Shown here one piece after another: positions 63,955 to 64,000 of a stretch of 64,000 nucleotides of DNA. Under the pieces are notes generated by a model that was given only the letters and a program-made list of their open reading frames with translations, was not told the DNA's origin and searched no databases. Position 1 is the first letter of the stretch, and the number at the start of each line of letters is the position of its first letter. This stretch comes from an uncultured Gemmatimonadales bacterium (lineage in GTDB: Bacteria; Gemmatimonadota; Gemmatimonadetes; Longimicrobiales; RSA9), in contig CAVUKA010000001.1 in NCBI GenBank assembly GCA_963741945.1, positions 640,001 through 704,000 on the forward strand, read 5' to 3'. A program made the position numbers and the translations under genes.

Positions 63955-64000
63955 CAGATCACCTCCGGCGCCAGCGAAACGATCTTCATGAAGCGCTTCT
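63954..64000 (-). CDS. rplN: 50S ribosomal protein L14 (3' end only)
   Basis: KRFMKIVSLAPEVI*. Confidence 0.93.
   Translation of the reverse strand, partial: KRFMKIVSLAPEVI

Overview
High-GC bacterial chromosomal segment. Gene content and protein style suggest Gemmatimonadota; this is an inference and no search was run. From left to right: partial uvrB; a sulfate-activation cluster (cysQ-cysC-SLC13 permease-sat); a small membrane gene with a sigma54-like promoter; rel, radC, DUF456 and nadD-secA; three secreted proteins (CAP, CsgG-like, S8 protease); a ~23 kb Wzy-dependent capsule/EPS locus (upxY/rfaH-like, wzi, wecA, wecB, wzx, wzy, GT4s, methyltransferase, heparinase II/III-like, wza, wzc, rmlDBAC); bamD/lhgO/TPR/ugd/degT and further nucleotide-sugar genes; and the spc-alpha ribosomal operons (rplN to rplQ, then rpmB), with infA missing from its usual slot. 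No tRNA, rRNA, CRISPR array, integrase or transposase was seen. The most notable unexplained structure is non-coding. (1) A CGTGACACGAAG repeat family has two identical 24-bp copies bracketing the capsule locus. (2) There is a 3 x ~63-bp dyad array. (3) A TCTCTCCA-NN-TGGAGAGA palindrome family flanks secA-nadD. (4) There are candidate structured leaders for upxY and rpsD. (5) A diverged half-copy of wecA sits at the edge of a lower-GC wzx/wzy cassette. Several genes carry single-base frameshifts (S8 protease, wecB, rmlB, degT), so long-read consensus errors are likely and pseudogene calls need read-level checking.
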